A stretch of 64,000 bases of DNA from an uncultured bacterium (GTDB lineage Bacteria; Zixibacteria; MSB-5A5; JAABVY01; JAHJOQ01). The stretch's first letter is position 1. Each line of letters begins with the position of its first letter. Under the pieces are notes generated by a model. The model was not told the DNA's origin. It saw only the letters and a program-made list of their open reading frames with translations, and ran no database searches. The stretch is taken from contig CBDUQR010000004.1 of the NCBI GenBank assembly GCA_965369655.1, positions 25,717 to 89,716 of the forward strand, in the 5' to 3' direction. Positions 30,132 to 41,325 of this stretch are shown here, piece by piece. The position numbers were made by a program, and so were the translations under genes.

Positions 30132-32525
30132 ATGTACGGATTAAAGTCTTTGTTTGGCGCCATGCTCATTGTGGTTATGCTGTCGGGTCTGGCTGTCGCC
30201 GATCCGCCCAGCAGTTTCGATCTGCGCGATGTAGGCGGTCAAAACTATGTAACGTCAGTCAAGAGCCAGAGTGGTGGAACCTGCTGGACTCATGGCGTTA
30301 TGGCGGCTATGGAAGGGAACATGATGATTACGGGGGCATGGACTGCCAACGGAGAGTCGGGCGAACCCAATCTCGCAGAATATCATCTCGACTGGTGGAA
30401 CGGTTTCAATCAGCACAACAACGATGATACCGATCCGCCGACAGGTGGTGGGCTGACTGTTCACCAGGGCGGCGATTATCGCGTCTCATCCGCCTACCTG
30501 ACCCGTGGAGAAGGAGCCGTTCGCGACATCGACGGCCAATCGTACAGCACTCCCCCGCTCAGAGATGATCCGAGTTACCATTACTATTATGCCCCTGAAA
30601 TCGAATGGTACGTTGCCGAGTCCGATCTGAGCAATATCAACACGATCAAACAGGCGATTATGGATTATGGCGTGATGGGAACCTGTTTGTGCTACGACAG
30701 CCAGTTCATGTCCGGTTACATTCACTATCAGCCTCCGACCAGCACGCTCGACCCGAATCATGCGGTCGCAATCGTCGGTTGGGATAACAACAAGGTAACA
30801 CAGGCTCCTCTTCCGGGCGCTTGGCTTATCAAGAACAGTTGGGGAAGTTCATGGGGAGAAGGCGGCTACTTCTGGATTTCATACTACGACAAGCATTGCT
30901 GCCAGAATCCGGAAATGGGTGCGATTTCTTTTCAGGATGTCGAGCCGATGCAGTATGAGAAAGTCTACTATCACGACTACCACGGCTGGCGCGACACAAA
31001 GGCTGATGCTGACATTGCGTTCAATGCGTTCGTCGCCGAGAATGAAGAGTTGCTCGAAACTGTCAGTTTCTTCACGGCTGCCGACAATGTGCTTTACTCC
31101 GTGATAGTCTACGATCGTTACGAAGGTGGCGAACTGTACGATGAACTGGGGAGCGCGTCCGGTACAATCACTTACACCGGATTTCATACTATAGAATTGC
31201 TTTCACCCGTCGAATTAAGTCCGGGTCAGGATTTCTATATCTACATGCAGCTTTCCGATGGTGGTCACGCATATGACCGGACATCAGACGTGCCTGTCCT
31301 GCTTGGCGCGAAGTATCGCGTGATAGTCGAGTCATCATCAAGCCCAGGGCAGAGCTACTACTACGACTGGAACGAATCTCAGTTCGTCGACCTGTATGAT
31401 TTCGACAGCACGGCCAACTTTTGCATCAAGGGTCTTTCTGTTCAGAATCTGAGCCTGAGTATATCTTGCCCTGATGGTACACCTGATTTGCTGACGCCGG
31501 GCGAGACGGAATTCTTCACGGTCGAGATCCTGGATGGAAAAGAAACCTATGTGCCGGGTACCGGGATACTTCATTATCGATACGACGGAGGGGAATTCCT
31601 GACCGCGCCGCTGACTCCTCTGACAGGTAATCTGTATGAGGCGACGTTGCCGGGCGCCACCTGCAGTGACACGCCGGAATTCTTTGTCAGCGCTCAGGGT
31701 GATGGCGGCACGACGGTATATTCGCCTACCGACGCTCCCGCGAGTACGTTCACCGCAATCGTGGGAACTTACACGACATTGATGCAGGATGATTTCGAAA
31801 CAGATATGGGTTGGACGACCCAGAATCTCGGAGCTACGAATGGTCTGTGGGAGCGCGGAGTTCCTGTCAATGATCCCGGCTGGGATTATGATCCTGAGTC
31901 GGATGCCGACGGGAGCGGACAGTGCTACCTGACGCAGAACCAGATGGGTAATACCGATGTGGACGACGGCGCTGTTCGCCTGAAATCGCCGATAATCGAC
32001 ATGTCGCAGGGAGGAATCATCTCGTATTATTACTATCTCCTCCTGACAGACGCCGCAGACGGTGTCGACAGAATTCTCGTAGAAATCAACAGCGATGGCG
32101 GCATCGGCACGTGGACAGAAATAGCCAGACATGACACTGACGGTGGACTCTACTGGCGACACCACGAGATTACCGAAGCCGATTTGACAATAGCAGGTGT
32201 GTCGTTCACGTCAACTATGGTGGTTCGATTCACCGCAAATGACGGTAATCCACAGAGTATCGTCGAAGCCGGTATTGACGGATTCCATCTGACCCTGTTC
32301 GAATGCGACTACGAGCCATTCTTGTGCGGAGACGCCGACGACAGCGGTGGAGTTGACATAGATGATGTCGTCTATTTGATCAACTACATCTTCGGAGGCG
32401 GACCGGCACCAGATCCTTTGGAAGTTGGAGATGTCGACTGTTCGGGAGAAGTTGACATAGACGATGTCGTCTATCTTATCAATTACATATTTGGAGGAGG
32501 TCCGGTGCCATGCGACGGCTGTTAG
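30132..32525 (+). CDS. Secreted papain-like C1 peptidase with lectin-like, Ig/MAM-like and dockerin-like domains
   Basis: [30 protein letters not shown]; dockerin repeat. Confidence 0.9.
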   Translation: MYGLKSLFGAMLIVVMLSGLAVADPPSSFDLRDVGGQNYVTSVKSQSGGTCWTHGVMAAMEGNMMITGAWTANGESGEPNLAEYHLDWWNGFNQHNNDDTDPPTGGGLTVHQGGDYRVSSAYLTRGEGAVRDIDGQSYSTPPLRDDPSYHYYYAPEIEWYVAESDLSNINTIKQAIMDYGVMGTCLCYDSQFMSGYIHYQPPTSTLDPNHAVAIVGWDNNKVTQAPLPGAWLIKNSWGSSWGEGGYFWISYYDKHCCQNPEMGAISFQDVEPMQYEKVYYHDYHGWRDTKADADIAFNAFVAENEELLETVSFFTAADNVLYSVIVYDRYEGGELYDELGSASGTITYTGFHTIELLSPVELSPGQDFYIYMQLSDGGHAYDRTSDVPVLLGAKYRVIVESSSSPGQSYYYDWNESQFVDLYDFDSTANFCIKGLSVQNLSLSISCPDGTPDLLTPGETEFFTVEILDGKETYVPGTGILHYRYDGGEFLTAPLTPLTGNLYEATLPGATCSDTPEFFVSAQGDGGTTVYSPTDAPASTFTAIVGTYTTLMQDDFETDMGWTTQNLGATNGLWERGVPVNDPGWDYDPESDADGSGQCYLTQNQMGNTDVDDGAVRLKSPIIDMSQGGIISYYYYLLLTDAADGVDRILVEINSDGGIGTWTEIARHDTDGGLYWRHHEITEADLTIAGVSFTSTMVVRFTANDGNPQSIVEAGIDGFHLTLFECDYEPFLCGDADDSGGVDIDDVVYLINYIFGGGPAPDPLEVGDVDCSGEVDIDDVVYLINYIFGGGPVPCDGC

Positions 32526-32788
32526 CGGCACAAACATAGATTAGCCTTGTCGATTGAATCGGAATGATTATATTGAGCAGGTACATCATGATTGGCGGGT
32601 CGGAAAACCCGGCCCGTCGATTGTTTCGTCAGCTAATAAGAAAATATAGTACAAATCTCCATGGATGGATTGGAAATAGTAAATCGGTCGATTTACAGAT
32701 AATTTCGTTTGTCTCCGGCAATCATGTCGGGAGAAGCTGAGAGAGAGGAAGCAAGAGGAGAACATCTTAATAAAGGAATGGTGGCAGG

Positions 32789-35700
32789 ATGAGACCAGCA
32801 TTGAACAGCAAGAGCGGATGGTGTATCGTTTTGACCGCACTGGTCCTGGCGATCTCGATTCCAGTAGACGGGTTTGCGGAGCAGATCAAGCTCGACTACT
32901 ACTTCGACGAGCCGACCATATCCGATGTGAAAATCGGTGATGTCATTTACGACAGAATTACTATCCCCGGGTGCCCGAAATCGGGTAACACGGGTCAGCC
33001 AGCTCTGCCCGCCAAAGGAGCCCGCATTCTGCTACCTTACGGCACCGAGGTTGAGAGCATCGAAATCGTTACAGGCGAACGGATAGTGCTTGGAGACGGC
33101 TTCTTTGTTGAGCCGGTTTCACCGCAGGGCAAACTGACATCGGCACCCGCTGAACCGCTCCTGCCGGTACCGGATGAGCAAATATACAGCTCTGACCAGC
33201 TGTTTCCGGGGGCAATGTTCAAGAACGTCGGGACCCAGGTGTTTCGCGGCTACAACATCCTGATCATCAAGCTTCAGCCGGTACAGTACACGCCGACATC
33301 GGGCGAGTTGTCATACTGCCCGGAGCTTTCGGTGATTGTGAATACGGTGCCTTCGGAGAAATCCGTCGACATGTTCCGAGGATTGGAAATCGATGCGGCG
33401 GAAGTCGAATCACGAGTGGACAACCCCAACATGATCGCCAGCTATGAGGCTTCCGGGAAGCTTGGCCGGGCTGATTTCGATTTCCTGATCATTACTACTT
33501 CCAGCCTGGTGGGTTCATTTCAGCCTCTGGCGGATTATCACAATGCAAATGGCATAATCACGCAGATTCGTACAACCAACGATGTCGGTAGCACCGACCC
33601 TGATGATATCCGGCAATATATCAGGGATCGCTACCAGCTTGACGGAATCACATACGTGTTGATCGGTGCCGATGACGACATTATCCCCGCCAAGAATCTT
33701 TTTGTTCGAATGTCCTATCCGAGCGGCGAGGCGGAATACAATATGCCCGCGGATATTTACTTCCAGTGCCTCGACGGGACCTACAACTACGACGGGGATT
33801 CATACTGGGGAGAGCCGACGGATGGTGATGGTGGCGGTGACGTCGATCTCGTAGCGGAAGTCTATATCGGCAGAGCATCTGTTGGAAACTATACGGAAGC
33901 TGATCGATTCGTCTCCAAGACCCTCCAGTACCTTACAGCATCTGCGCCTTATCTGCAGGAAGTTCTGCTTGTCGGTGAGCACCTCGGATTTGGTGGCCCT
34001 GCCGAATACGCTCATGAGTATCTCAATGAACTCGTCGACGGGTCCAGCATGCACGGATACACAACAGTCGGAATCCCGTCAGATATTTACAGCATCGACA
34101 GCCTCTACGAGTTCATCTACACCTGGCCAAAGTCGGACCTGACTACCAGGATCAATAACGGCCTTCATGTGGTCAACCATCTTGGGCACGGCAGTGAAGA
34201 CTATGCCATGAAGCTGTACAACAGCGACGTCATGAGCGATCTGACCAATGCCGATCACTGCTTTGTCTACTCTCAGACTTGTCTCGCCGGACATTTTGAT
34301 GGCACCGATTGCTGGGCGGAGTACATGAATATTAAGACCGACCACGGCGCTTTCGCAGTCATCATGAACGCTCGCTATGGTTTTGGTGAATTCAACAGCA
34401 CTGATGGCGCATCGCAGCGCTTCAATCGCGAGTTCTGGGATGCCATGTTCAATCTGACAGAGGGCAAGACCAGGCTCGGTCCTGCCAACATCGACTCCAA
34501 AGAGGACAACATTTATCGTATCGGCGATGACTACATGAGATGGGTCTACTATGGATTGAACCTGTTCGGAGATCCGACGATCTCCTTCAAGGGTGTAGCG
34601 ACGATTGGATTCCAATATCCTCTTGGCATACCGGAAATGGTACCCCCTGGTGTTACTACTCCGTTCGAAGTCGAAGTGATGGGTGTCGGTGACGGTGTGC
34701 CAGTGCCCGGAACAGGTCAGTTGCACTACTCTATCGACGGCGGCCCTGTCCAGACGGTTCAGATGAACGAGATATCTACGAACTATTACGAGACACAACT
34801 GCCCGCCATTTCCTGCGGCGAAGTTCTCGAGTTCTATGTCAGCGCCGAGGAGGTCGAACACGGACGAATCTATCATCCGAATCCCAATTCACCCAATGTG
34901 GTAAACGCCGTTACAGAGATAGCCACTGTTTTCCAGGATGATTTCGAGACCGACATGGGTTGGTCGATCTCCGGAGGAAACTGGGCGCGCGGCATACCGA
35001 CCGGTGGCGGAGGCGAATATGGCAATCCCGACCCGACAAGCGGGTGTGTATTGCCCAATGTGTTCGGATACAACCTGAACGGCGACTACGAAAACAGCAT
35101 GCCGCAACGGCATCTCACAAGCCCGGCGATAGATTGTTCTGGTATAACCGATGTTACGCTTAAGTTCTGGAGATGGCTCGGGGTTGAGCAGTCGATGTAT
35201 GACCATGCTTACGTTCGGGTCAGTAATGACGGATCATCATGGACGACGGTCTGGGAGAATACAGGTGAAGTCTCCGATAACAACTGGATCGAAATCGAGA
35301 TCGACATATCCGCTGTGGCCGACAACCAGTCCACAGTCTATGTCCGATTCACAATGGGTACAACCGACAGCGGCTGGAGATATTGCGGCTGGAACCTTGA
35401 TGATGTCCGTCTCATTGCGTACATTTGCGAGGAGGATACGGATTTCGATGACGACGGTATCCTGAACGCCGCCGACAACTGTCCATACACGTACAACCCG
35501 GACCAGGAAGACGCCGACGAGGATGCCGTTGGCGATAGCTGTGACAACTGTATTCTCATAGCGAATCCGAATCAGGAGAACTCCGACGGTGACACATACG
35601 GCGATAGCTGTGATAACTGCATGCTGGTTGCTAACCCGCTGCAGGAGGACTCGGACTCCGACGCCGTAGGCGATAGCTGTGACAACTGTATTACAACTTA

Positions 35701-35962
35701 CAATCCTGATCAGGCTGATGGCGATGGCGACGGGACTGGCGATGCATGCGAGTGGATATACGGCGACGCAAACAGCGATGGTATGATTGACATCGACGAT
35801 GCTGTCTGGATTATACAGTTCATATTCGCAGGTGGCCCGGCTCCAGATCCTGAAGAAGCCGGCGACTGCGATTGCTCGGGTGAATGCGACATCGATGACG
35901 CCATTTACCTGATTCAGTATATCTTCAATCAAGGCCCCATTCCCGGAGAAGCGTGCATGTAA
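32789..35962 (+). CDS. Secreted C25 (gingipain-like) peptidase with propeptide, MAM-like domain, TSP3 repeats and dockerin
   Basis: GQPALP, YVLIG, YIGRA, HLGHG, QTC, NLFGDP; DNC..NP.Q.D.D.D..GD.C repeats. Confidence 0.9.
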   Translation: MRPALNSKSGWCIVLTALVLAISIPVDGFAEQIKLDYYFDEPTISDVKIGDVIYDRITIPGCPKSGNTGQPALPAKGARILLPYGTEVESIEIVTGERIVLGDGFFVEPVSPQGKLTSAPAEPLLPVPDEQIYSSDQLFPGAMFKNVGTQVFRGYNILIIKLQPVQYTPTSGELSYCPELSVIVNTVPSEKSVDMFRGLEIDAAEVESRVDNPNMIASYEASGKLGRADFDFLIITTSSLVGSFQPLADYHNANGIITQIRTTNDVGSTDPDDIRQYIRDRYQLDGITYVLIGADDDIIPAKNLFVRMSYPSGEAEYNMPADIYFQCLDGTYNYDGDSYWGEPTDGDGGGDVDLVAEVYIGRASVGNYTEADRFVSKTLQYLTASAPYLQEVLLVGEHLGFGGPAEYAHEYLNELVDGSSMHGYTTVGIPSDIYSIDSLYEFIYTWPKSDLTTRINNGLHVVNHLGHGSEDYAMKLYNSDVMSDLTNADHCFVYSQTCLAGHFDGTDCWAEYMNIKTDHGAFAVIMNARYGFGEFNSTDGASQRFNREFWDAMFNLTEGKTRLGPANIDSKEDNIYRIGDDYMRWVYYGLNLFGDPTISFKGVATIGFQYPLGIPEMVPPGVTTPFEVEVMGVGDGVPVPGTGQLHYSIDGGPVQTVQMNEISTNYYETQLPAISCGEVLEFYVSAEEVEHGRIYHPNPNSPNVVNAVTEIATVFQDDFETDMGWSISGGNWARGIPTGGGGEYGNPDPTSGCVLPNVFGYNLNGDYENSMPQRHLTSPAIDCSGITDVTLKFWRWLGVEQSMYDHAYVRVSNDGSSWTTVWENTGEVSDNNWIEIEIDISAVADNQSTVYVRFTMGTTDSGWRYCGWNLDDVRLIAYICEEDTDFDDDGILNAADNCPYTYNPDQEDADEDAVGDSCDNCILIANPNQENSDGDTYGDSCDNCMLVANPLQEDSDSDAVGDSCDNCITTYNPDQADGDGDGTGDACEWIYGDANSDGMIDIDDAVWIIQFIFAGGPAPDPEEAGDCDCSGECDIDDAIYLIQYIFNQGPIPGEACM

Positions 35963-35989
35963 GGGAAATCGCCTTAGCTGAGTAATCGT

Positions 35990-36029
35990 GAAGTCCCCTT
36001 CATCCGATATAAAGGGGACTTCTTTGTTT
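35990..36029 (+). terminator. Intrinsic terminator
   Basis: GAAGTCCCCTT..AAGGGGACTTC then TTTGTTT. Confidence 0.75.
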
Positions 36030-36156
36030 ACACAGTATTGACATTAACAAAACCCTCAGTATATTCCGACAGTACTGAATAGCGGATTTTGCCGCTGCAA
36101 TATCAACAACCCACCCCCGATATACCGGGCAGTGGGATTTCTGTGTTTGTTTTAAT

Positions 36157-39100
36157 ATGGCTCTGAAGAATACTGTCCTGACCCTGTTCAAGGAATCGCG
36201 CGTCTATCGCGCGGTTCTGGAGAAATTGACATCGGATGACAGTGTCTGCGTGTCGCAGCTCAATGGATCGGCAAGGTCATTCCTGCTGTCGGGCATCTTC
36301 GAAGATTCTGATTCGAGGTGGATCGTTGTCACGCCCGGAGAGCATGAAGCCGAGAATATAGCCAGCGACATAAACGAAATCCTCGGCGCCACAGTCGCAT
36401 ATCACTTCCCGGATCTCGGAGTCCATCCGTATCAATGGAAATCTCCGCAGCCCGAGACGGTAGGTGCGCGCCTCGAAGCCCTGCTGCAGCTCCGACGCTC
36501 TGAACAAGTTATCGTAACAGCTTCCATCAAGGCGTTGATGGAGCCGACGATCTCGCCCGTTGATCTCGATAGATCATCACTCTGTCTCGATGCCGGTCAT
36601 GAAATGGCGATGGAGGATGTCATCGCGAAGCTGGTCGAACTCGGCTATGAGCGGATGCCGCTTGTGGAGGAAGTCGGCAATTACTCCGTCAGAGGCGGGA
36701 TCCTCGACATCTTTCCGAACACGAGCGAGAACCCTGTGCGCGTGGAATACTTCGGCGATCTAATCGAATCTATCAGGCTCTTTTCGGTAACCAGTCAGAG
36801 ATCTATCGGCATGATCGATTCGGTCAAACTCCTTCCCCAGCGCGAGATGCCCCTCGACGGCGAAAAGCTCGAAACAATGCTCTCCTCGATCAAGAATGAA
36901 GAGGCTGCCGACATATTGCGCGAAAAATTCAAGTTTGGGATCGACTATCCGGGTCTCGAATGGGCGGGCAGCCTGTTGATTGGCAGCAGACATCACCTCT
37001 TTGATTTCGTCGATTCATCCGACAGGCTGTATGTCGTCGAACCGGACATGGTGGCAACCGAGGCGGATAAGCTGTGGGATGAGTTTGAACTCAAGTACTA
37101 CGATGCGGACCCATCAGGACAATTATTCCCATCTCCCGACCGGATATTCCGAAACCCGGATGACGCAGCAGAGGATATCGAATCCAGACGATCGATCAAA
37201 GAAACAGCATTCAGCTCAGGCAGAGATGGCTCGATCGCATTCGGAACCGGCGACCATCCGGTCATCAATGCCCGGATGAAAATACTACAACAAGAGATCG
37301 GGGAATTCTTGTCGGCCGGACGCCGGGTTTTCATCGCCTGCGACAACAAGGTCCAGTTAGAGCGCATGGAAGAAATGCTCGCCGAACATGCCGATAAGTG
37401 TACGCTGATCATAGCAGACATCAGCAAAGGCTTCACATATTCTTCAGAGAATCTCGTACTCCTGTGCGATCATGAGATTTTCGCGAGAAGATTCCACAGG
37501 CGTAGAATCAGGCGCAGCAGAGAAGGAGTGGCGCTCTCATCCTACACGAATCTGAACGTGGGGGACTACGTCGTGCATGTCGATTACGGAATCGGCAGAT
37601 ATCGGGGTCTCAAGGAAATCACCGTCGACAAACGAAGGCGTGACTGCCTGCTGATCATGTATCAGGGAAATGATCGACTCTATGTCCCGATCGAGGAATT
37701 CGGACGTGTCCAGAAATATGTCGGGAAAGAAGGCAAACCACAGATCACCAGACTCGGCGGAACAACCTGGGAGAAGGTCAAGGCGCGGACAAAGAAGGCT
37801 ATCGCGGATATGGCGGAGGAGTTGATAAAGCTCTACGCCGAGAGAAAATCCAAACCCGGATTCGCTTTCTGTCCCGATGACAACTGGATGCATCAACTCG
37901 AAGCCTCGTTCCCGTACGACGAAACACCGGATCAACTTTCTGCAATCGACGATATCAAGAGTGACATGGAAGCGGCCAGCTCGATGGACCGCCTCATCTG
38001 CGGGGACGTCGGATTCGGCAAGACCGAGGTCGCGATCAGGGCGGCATTCAAATGTGTGAACGACGGCAAACAGGCGGCGGTGCTTGTCCCGACAACGATT
38101 CTCGCGCAGCAGCATCTCACGACATTCACCGAGCGATTGAAAGACTTTCCGATCAAGACGGAGATGCTTTCGCGGTTCAGGTCACGAAAGGAACAGAAGC
38201 AGATCATAGAGGATCTTGCGGAAGGTAAGATCGATATTATCGTGGGAACTCATCGCCTGCTGTCGAAGGACGTCAAATTCAGGGATCTCGGGCTTCTGGT
38301 TGTCGACGAGGAACAGAGATTCGGCGTAACTCACAAAGAGAAGATCAAGAAGATGAAGCGGCTCGTCGACGCCATCACGATGACCGCGACGCCGATTCCC
38401 AGAACGATGCAGATGTCGCTTCTTGGTGCGCGCGACATGTCGGTGATAAATACCTCCCCGAAAGATCGTCTGCCAATCAGAACGGAAATTGTCGAGTTCG
38501 ATCCTGATTCGATCAGGGCCGCAATCCTCGCGGAAGTCGAGCGAGGCGGACAGGTCTATTTTGTGCACAATCGCGTACAGACGATCCTGTCGATCAAGCG
38601 ATACCTCGAAAAGCTGTTGCCTGAAGTCAGGATATGCGTCGGCCACGGGCAGATGCCCGAGAAAGAACTCGAGGACGTGATGTACCGATTTCTCATGAGG
38701 GAATACGACGTACTGCTCTGCACCTCGATCATCGAATCGGGTCTCGATATACCATCGGTCAACACGATTGTCATGAATCGCGCCGACCGGTTCGGACTGG
38801 CGCAGTTATATCAGCTCAGGGGGCGCGTCGGCAGATCATCTCTCAAAGCGGTCGCCTACCTGCTTATACCGCCTGTGAGATTGCTGACCAACACGGCGAG
38901 GAAGCGACTGAAGGCTGTAGAACAGCATACGGAACTTGGTTCCGGCTATCACCTTGCACTGCGCGATCTGGAAATCAGGGGCGCCGGAAACCTCCTCGGT
39001 TCGCAGCAGCATGGTTTCGTCGAAGAGGTTGGCTTTGATCTGTATCTCAAACTCCTTGACGAGGCGGTCAGACATCTGAAGGGAGAGGAGGCGACGCCGT

Positions 39101-39546
39101 CTATCGATGTCAGGATAGATACTGATGTCGACTTGTTCCTTCCCAACGAGTATGTGCCGGACAGCCGCCAGAAGGTCGACATCTACCAGCGCCTGGCACA
39201 GGCAAATACGTATGAGGCTGTGAATGATCTGGAGCGCGAGCTCATCGACCGCTTCGGCCCGTTGCCCGATTCGGCTGAGAACTTAATCAGGATGGCTGAG
39301 GTGAAAATACTCGCTGCTCGAGCGGGCATAGAGAAAGTTGTATTCAGAAAGGGCAAACTGAGACTCAGATATGCTCATGATATCGTTCCCGGGAAGCGAA
39401 AAATCGCTGCGCTTGCGGCTCAGGTGGACGATCCGCTCGAGTTCGCCACAGGAGACAGTTTCAATATCATGATCAGCCTCACCGACGATGAACCCAATTC
39501 ATGGCAATCGAAAGTCAGAAACGTCTTGCAAAATCTCATGTCATAG
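36157..39546 (+). CDS. mfd: Transcription-repair coupling factor
   Basis: RGGILDIF, CarD-like VHVDYGIG, GDVGFGKT, DEEQRFG, QLRGRVGR. Confidence 0.98.
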   Translation: MALKNTVLTLFKESRVYRAVLEKLTSDDSVCVSQLNGSARSFLLSGIFEDSDSRWIVVTPGEHEAENIASDINEILGATVAYHFPDLGVHPYQWKSPQPETVGARLEALLQLRRSEQVIVTASIKALMEPTISPVDLDRSSLCLDAGHEMAMEDVIAKLVELGYERMPLVEEVGNYSVRGGILDIFPNTSENPVRVEYFGDLIESIRLFSVTSQRSIGMIDSVKLLPQREMPLDGEKLETMLSSIKNEEAADILREKFKFGIDYPGLEWAGSLLIGSRHHLFDFVDSSDRLYVVEPDMVATEADKLWDEFELKYYDADPSGQLFPSPDRIFRNPDDAAEDIESRRSIKETAFSSGRDGSIAFGTGDHPVINARMKILQQEIGEFLSAGRRVFIACDNKVQLERMEEMLAEHADKCTLIIADISKGFTYSSENLVLLCDHEIFARRFHRRRIRRSREGVALSSYTNLNVGDYVVHVDYGIGRYRGLKEITVDKRRRDCLLIMYQGNDRLYVPIEEFGRVQKYVGKEGKPQITRLGGTTWEKVKARTKKAIADMAEELIKLYAERKSKPGFAFCPDDNWMHQLEASFPYDETPDQLSAIDDIKSDMEAASSMDRLICGDVGFGKTEVAIRAAFKCVNDGKQAAVLVPTTILAQQHLTTFTERLKDFPIKTEMLSRFRSRKEQKQIIEDLAEGKIDIIVGTHRLLSKDVKFRDLGLLVVDEEQRFGVTHKEKIKKMKRLVDAITMTATPIPRTMQMSLLGARDMSVINTSPKDRLPIRTEIVEFDPDSIRAAILAEVERGGQVYFVHNRVQTILSIKRYLEKLLPEVRICVGHGQMPEKELEDVMYRFLMREYDVLLCTSIIESGLDIPSVNTIVMNRADRFGLAQLYQLRGRVGRSSLKAVAYLLIPPVRLLTNTARKRLKAVEQHTELGSGYHLALRDLEIRGAGNLLGSQQHGFVEEVGFDLYLKLLDEAVRHLKGEEATPSIDVRIDTDVDLFLPNEYVPDSRQKVDIYQRLAQANTYEAVNDLERELIDRFGPLPDSAENLIRMAEVKILAARAGIEKVVFRKGKLRLRYAHDIVPGKRKIAALAAQVDDPLEFATGDSFNIMISLTDDEPNSWQSKVRNVLQNLMS

Positions 39547-39621
39547 CTACATTGCGTAATTCACGGCGTTGAAACACGGAAACGTCGCCCAGATACGATT
39601 GTATGATTCGAAGGAGCCGGA

Positions 39622-41325
39622 ATGATGCGTAAGGCAACACTGTATACAGTTATATTGACCCTGATCTTTCTTGCGGGGTGTGGAACCAGCAACGATGAAA
39701 CTGTGGCGACTATCGGAAGCCACAAAGTAACACTCGGTGAGGTGAGGGACTTCGATATCGTCTTCCCCCAGAGGTTCGCATCCGCCGAGAAGGAATTCGA
39801 AGCGAAGAAACGACACGTTGATTCTCTGGTCAATCTCAGGTTGTTGGTAATAGGAGCATACCAGAACGATCTCGATATCGACAGGGAAGTTCTGGACATT
39901 ATCGAATCGCAGAAGCCGAAGTTCCTGCTCGACGAGCTTTACAAGAAAGAGATTTTGCCCAACACTAAAGTGACAGACGCCGAGATAGAGAGCTTCTACG
40001 AGAAGCTCAAAGAGGAAATACATATCAGCCACATAATCGTCGACCGCCAGGAACTCGCTGACTCGCTCTACGAGGCGATCACGAATGGCGCGGATTTCGA
40101 CCAGCTCGCGCGCGACTTCTCGCTCGATCAGTCGACGGCGAGGCTCGGCGGAGATCTCGGATGGATCCGCTGGGGCAGGCTTCTCGACTCTTTCCAGGAT
40201 GTAGTGTTCAAGATGTCACGGGAACAGATATCCAAGCCGTTCGAGACTGAATCGGGCTGGCATATCGTTCGACTGAACGAAAAAAGAGAATCGAATCCGG
40301 GTCCCTATGAGGACCTCAAGCCGATGCTCAGATCTCAGATCCAGAGCCGCAAGCAGCAGAACACCATGGACTCCTATCTGGACGGACTCGAGGAAAAATA
40401 CGACGTCGAGCTGAATGACGAGGTTTACGAGACAATGCTCGGTCTCATCAACAAGTTCTACCCCGATACGCTCGGCGGTAAGTATTTCCGCAAGACTTCG
40501 ATAGATGGGGATATTCTCGAGGAGTACCAGAAGTCTCAGATTCTGGCTCACTACAAAGGTGGAGAGGTGACTGTCGGAGATTATTTCGATGCAATCAATG
40601 CCATGCCTGCTACGCAGAGGCCCGAGTTCAAGAACAAGAGCGCCGTCAAACTCACAATCTTCTCGATGAATATGAACGATTTCCTGACAGTGGAAGCGCA
40701 GTCTCAGGGGCTCGACAAGGTCGAGAGTTATGAGAGGGTTATGAAGGTGTTCAGAGAAAGCGTCATGGCCGACAAGATGCGCACTCTGGTAACAGATGGA
40801 ATCCCGGAACTGACGGACGAAGAGTATTACCAGTATTATGATTCCCACATCGATGATTTCAGGAGCCCGGCCAGAGTAAAGGTCTCGGAAATCCGGGTCG
40901 ATGACCTTGCATTCGCGGAATCACTCCGTACGCTTCTCGATAATGGCGCGGATTTCGAGACGCTGGCGGAGGAGCATACTACGCGGCCCGGGATGAAACC
41001 TCGCAAAGGCGATCTCGGTTACTTCGAGATCGGCAAGCGTCCCGAAATATACAAGCTTGCCGAGAAACTAAGGATCAATGAGATCAAGGGTCCGGCAAAG
41101 ACAGACGATGGCAAATGGTCCATTATCAAGAAGACCGGCTTCGAGGCGCCGCGTACAAAGGGTATCGAGGAAGTGGCAGCGAATATTCAGAAGCTGTTGA
41201 ATTTTGAGAAACGGAAAATCGCCCTTGATAACTGGATTGAAGCGAAAAGTGCAGAAACGACAATCGAAGTAAACTATGACCTGATATGGGAGACAATCGA
41301 TAAGAGCAAGTATGAAGATGATTAA
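39622..41325 (+). CDS. Lipoprotein parvulin-type PPIase with two rotamase domains
   Basis: Lipobox LAGC; ISHII..FDQLARDFS..GGDLGW; second GDLGYF. Confidence 0.88.
   Translation: MMRKATLYTVILTLIFLAGCGTSNDETVATIGSHKVTLGEVRDFDIVFPQRFASAEKEFEAKKRHVDSLVNLRLLVIGAYQNDLDIDREVLDIIESQKPKFLLDELYKKEILPNTKVTDAEIESFYEKLKEEIHISHIIVDRQELADSLYEAITNGADFDQLARDFSLDQSTARLGGDLGWIRWGRLLDSFQDVVFKMSREQISKPFETESGWHIVRLNEKRESNPGPYEDLKPMLRSQIQSRKQQNTMDSYLDGLEEKYDVELNDEVYETMLGLINKFYPDTLGGKYFRKTSIDGDILEEYQKSQILAHYKGGEVTVGDYFDAINAMPATQRPEFKNKSAVKLTIFSMNMNDFLTVEAQSQGLDKVESYERVMKVFRESVMADKMRTLVTDGIPELTDEEYYQYYDSHIDDFRSPARVKVSEIRVDDLAFAESLRTLLDNGADFETLAEEHTTRPGMKPRKGDLGYFEIGKRPEIYKLAEKLRINEIKGPAKTDDGKWSIIKKTGFEAPRTKGIEEVAANIQKLLNFEKRKIALDNWIEAKSAETTIEVNYDLIWETIDKSKYEDD

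Noticed and set aside
31338-35932. Long antisense ORFs (31338-32165, 34079-34876, 35237-35932; also 43271-44059 and 56618-57424)
   Set aside because: Shadow frames opposite well-supported genes, with no recognisable motifs.
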